Part shown: piece by piece, positions 55,881-57,819 of the stretch
Numbering within the stretch: the stretch's first letter is position 1
Layout: the number at the start of each line of letters is the position of its first letter
Source: an uncultured Anaerolineaceae bacterium
Lineage (GTDB): Bacteria > Chloroflexota > Limnocylindria > Limnocylindrales > CSP1-4
Length of the DNA: 57,819 nucleotides
NCBI GenBank assembly: GCA_964393345.1
Contig: CAYMTJ010000008.1
Coordinates: 8,574 to 66,392, forward strand
Direction: 5' to 3'
The notes under the pieces: generated by a model
Seen by the model: only the letters and a program-made list of their open reading frames with translations
What the model was told of the DNA's origin: nothing
Databases searched by the model: none
Position numbers and translations under genes: made by a program

Positions 55881-56924
55881 ATGACAGCTAAACGCCGTCC
55901 CAGGGTCCTCCTGTTCGCCGCGCCCGAGACGTCCGCGGCCGTCCTGTACGGGCTGTACGACGTCCTCAGCTCCGTCGGGGCGGCCTGGCCGGACATGACG
56001 TCGGCGTCGGTCGGCGACCCGCTCCTGGATGTGCGGATCGTCGCTGCGACGGCGGAGCCATTCCGCTGCTTTGGCGGCGTCCGGATCGAGCCGCACCTGG
56101 CGATCGCGGACATCACCGACGCGGACGTCGTCATCGTGTGCGACATGTTCACCCCGATCGACGCGCCACCCCGCGGTCGCTACGTCGCCGAGTCCGCCTG
56201 GATGCGCGGGATCCACGAGCGCGGCGCGCTCATCGCGAGCGTGTGCGCGGGATCGCTGCTGCTCGCGGAGTCTGGGCTGCTCGACGGGCGGTCGTGCGCC
56301 GGTCACTGGGCGTACGTGGACCTGTTCGCCTCGTCGTACCCGCGCGTCCGGTTCAAGGCGGGCTCGATCCTCGACCGCAGCAGCGAGGCCTCGCGGATCG
56401 TGACCGCCGGCGGCGCGACGTCATGGCAGGAGCTGGCCCTGTACGTGATCGGTCGGCTGTGCGGCCCGGCGCAGGCCGTGCGGACGGCCAAGCTCTACCT
56501 GCTGGCGGGTCACGAGGACGGCCAGCTGCCGTTCCTGGCGATGACCCGCCGACCGCCGGGCGAGGACCGGGTGGTCGCCGACAGCGTCGCGTGGATCGAG
56601 GCCAACTACGCGACGCCCAACCCCGTCGCCGAGATGACCCGGCGCTCCGGCCTGACGCCGCGGACGTTCGCCCGTCGGTTCCAGGCGGCGACCGGCCGTC
56701 GCCCGATCGACTACGTCCAGGCCGTGCGGATCGAGGGCGCACGGGAGCGCCTCGAGACCGGCGACGGTCCGGTCGACGACATCGGCTTCGACGTGGGCTA
56801 CAAGGACCCCACGTTCTTCCGACGCCTGTTCAAGCGCGTCACCGGGCTCACGCCCGCGGCGTATCGCCGCAAGTACGCCCCGTCCGCGTCGATGTCCAGG
56901 GTGAGGGACGTCCCAGCCGCGTGA
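55881..56924 (+). CDS. GlxA-family regulator (DJ-1/PfpI domain plus AraC HTH)
   Basis: ASVCAGSLLLAESGLLDGR nucleophile-elbow region and C-terminal AraC HTH (IGFDVGYKDPTFFRRLFKRVTGLTPAAYR). Confidence 0.85.
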   Translation: MTAKRRPRVLLFAAPETSAAVLYGLYDVLSSVGAAWPDMTSASVGDPLLDVRIVAATAEPFRCFGGVRIEPHLAIADITDADVVIVCDMFTPIDAPPRGRYVAESAWMRGIHERGALIASVCAGSLLLAESGLLDGRSCAGHWAYVDLFASSYPRVRFKAGSILDRSSEASRIVTAGGATSWQELALYVIGRLCGPAQAVRTAKLYLLAGHEDGQLPFLAMTRRPPGEDRVVADSVAWIEANYATPNPVAEMTRRSGLTPRTFARRFQAATGRRPIDYVQAVRIEGARERLETGDGPVDDIGFDVGYKDPTFFRRLFKRVTGLTPAAYRRKYAPSASMSRVRDVPAA

Positions 56925-56935
56925 CCGGGTGGACA

Positions 56936-56972
56936 GATAAGTGTTGACTTATCATCGGGTTCCACTTATGAT
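56936..56972 (+). promoter_or_regulatory. ArsR promoter TTGACT-N17-TATGAT with interleaved ATAAG/CTTAT operator half-sites; leaderless transcript predicted
   Basis: TTGACT at 56944-56949 and TATGAT at 56967-56972. The ATG at 56979 is 6 nt after the -10 box. GATAAG at 56936, CTTATC at 56948, CACTTAT at 56963. Confidence 0.55.
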
Positions 56973-56978
56973 GCGCCC

Positions 56979-57296
56979 ATGCAGGCAGATGCTCAGCTCG
57001 GCGCCCTGTCCGATCCCACCCGTCGCCGGATCGTGGAGCTCCTCCATCGATCCCCGTCGTCGGTGCGCGAGCTGACCGATCGGCTGCCGGTCTCCCAGCC
57101 GGCCGTCTCGCAGCACCTCAAGGTCCTGCGCCAGGCACGACTCGTTCGCTCGACACCGGTCGGCGCGTCCAACGTCTATGTCCTCGACCCCGAAGGCCTC
57201 ACCGCCGTGCGGAGCTGGCTGGAGTCCGTCTGGGACGACGTCCTCGACGCCTTCGCCGAGACCGCGAGCGCCACACCGAAGGAGAGCCCGCGATGA
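56979..57296 (+). CDS. ArsR/SmtB family transcriptional regulator
   Basis: LSDPTRRRIVELL...SVRELTDRLPVSQPAVSQHLKVLRQARLV winged-helix signature. Confidence 0.9.
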   Translation: MQADAQLGALSDPTRRRIVELLHRSPSSVRELTDRLPVSQPAVSQHLKVLRQARLVRSTPVGASNVYVLDPEGLTAVRSWLESVWDDVLDAFAETASATPKESPR

Positions 57297-57760
57297 TGCT
57301 GACCGATCGTCCGATCGCCCCGGTCCGCAAGACCAGGGTGGTGCCGCTCAGCGTGGCTGACGCGTTCGAGCTGTTCACGACTCGCATGGGCGACTGGTGG
57401 CCGATGACCTCCCACTCGATCTCCGGCTCGGCGAGTGCCACGGTGCGCTTCGACGGTCGGATCGGTGGCAGCGTCGTCGAGGTCGCTCCGAGCGGTGAGG
57501 CGTGGAGCTGGGCCGAGGTGACGGCCTGGGATCCTCCGCACCGGTTCGTGCTGGCCTGGCATCCCCACCCCGCGCCCGCGGCCGCCTCGACCCTCGACGT
57601 CCGGTTCACTGCCGCCGCCGCGGGATGCCGGATCGACCTGGAGCATCGAGGCTGGGAGGAGTTCGGCTTCGAACTCGGCACGAGCCACCGCGACGCCTAC
57701 GACCCGGGGTGGGACGCGGTCCTCGCCCCCTTGACCGCTCCGGAAGGTGCCTCGGCCTGA
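57293..57760 (+). CDS. SRPBCC / AHSA1-like domain protein
   Basis: ATGA overlap with arsR, the common ArsR-SRPBCC pairing. It has FELFTTRMGDWWP and WDPPHRFVLAW. Confidence 0.75.
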   Translation: MMLTDRPIAPVRKTRVVPLSVADAFELFTTRMGDWWPMTSHSISGSASATVRFDGRIGGSVVEVAPSGEAWSWAEVTAWDPPHRFVLAWHPHPAPAAASTLDVRFTAAAAGCRIDLEHRGWEEFGFELGTSHRDAYDPGWDAVLAPLTAPEGASA

Positions 57761-57819
57761 GCCGGCGCGCCATGCGTCGCAGCATACCGGCGTCGCCAGT
57801 CTTGACGGAGCCTGGGTCC

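Overview
This is a very GC-rich chromosomal segment (about 70% by eye, not computed), apparently from a terrabacterial genome (actinobacterium- or Chloroflexota-like). It holds about 55 tightly packed protein genes, many joined by 4-nt ATGA/GTGA start-stop overlaps. I found no rRNA, tRNA, CRISPR array, transposase, integrase or phage genes. Many long ORFs in the supplied track are antisense or out-of-frame shadows, or in-frame upstream read-throughs of real genes. I chose frames by family-level motifs, Shine-Dalgarno spacing and translational coupling.

Gene content from left to right:
- rsmG, then a CsoR copper repressor with a perfect operator palindrome
- a hypothetical-hpt-membrane protein operon
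- a hydroxyproline-type catabolic island: DapA-like, SDR, an amino-acid ABC importer and split aconitase X
- a Liv-type branched-chain amino-acid importer
- an NYN nuclease fused to a roughly 480-aa RGG/Arg-rich disordered tail, directly upstream of holB
- acylphosphatase
- a translationally coupled set of unknown genes plus an acyl-ACP thioesterase
- two tandem paralogous secreted beta-helix proteins
- a CarH/LitR-type B12 photoreceptor regulator, divergent from a DUF4397 surface protein
- the conserved SDR / SRPBCC / FAD-oxidoreductase / DUF1365 / CFA-synthase lipid-modification cluster
- a minus-strand operon of Gfo/Idh/MocA, a vanadium-haloperoxidase-like protein, a CRTAC1/FG-GAP protein, an M24-fold protein and a TAT-exported intradiol dioxygenase
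- a complete xylose regulon: ROK regulator, xylFH plus ATPase, xylAB
- agmatine deiminase divergent from an accessory-less urease (fused ureAB plus ureC)
- aldose epimerase, a BBE-type FAD oxidase with a GlxA regulator, and an ArsR-SRPBCC pair

The most interesting candidates are the NYN-RGG protein, the photoreceptor with 11-bp-phased repeats next to the lipid-modification cluster, the exported redox operon and the orphan urease. All three ABC importer operons also carry a long perfect GC hairpin directly after the binding-protein gene.

Nothing here was checked against a database. All family calls come from motif recognition.
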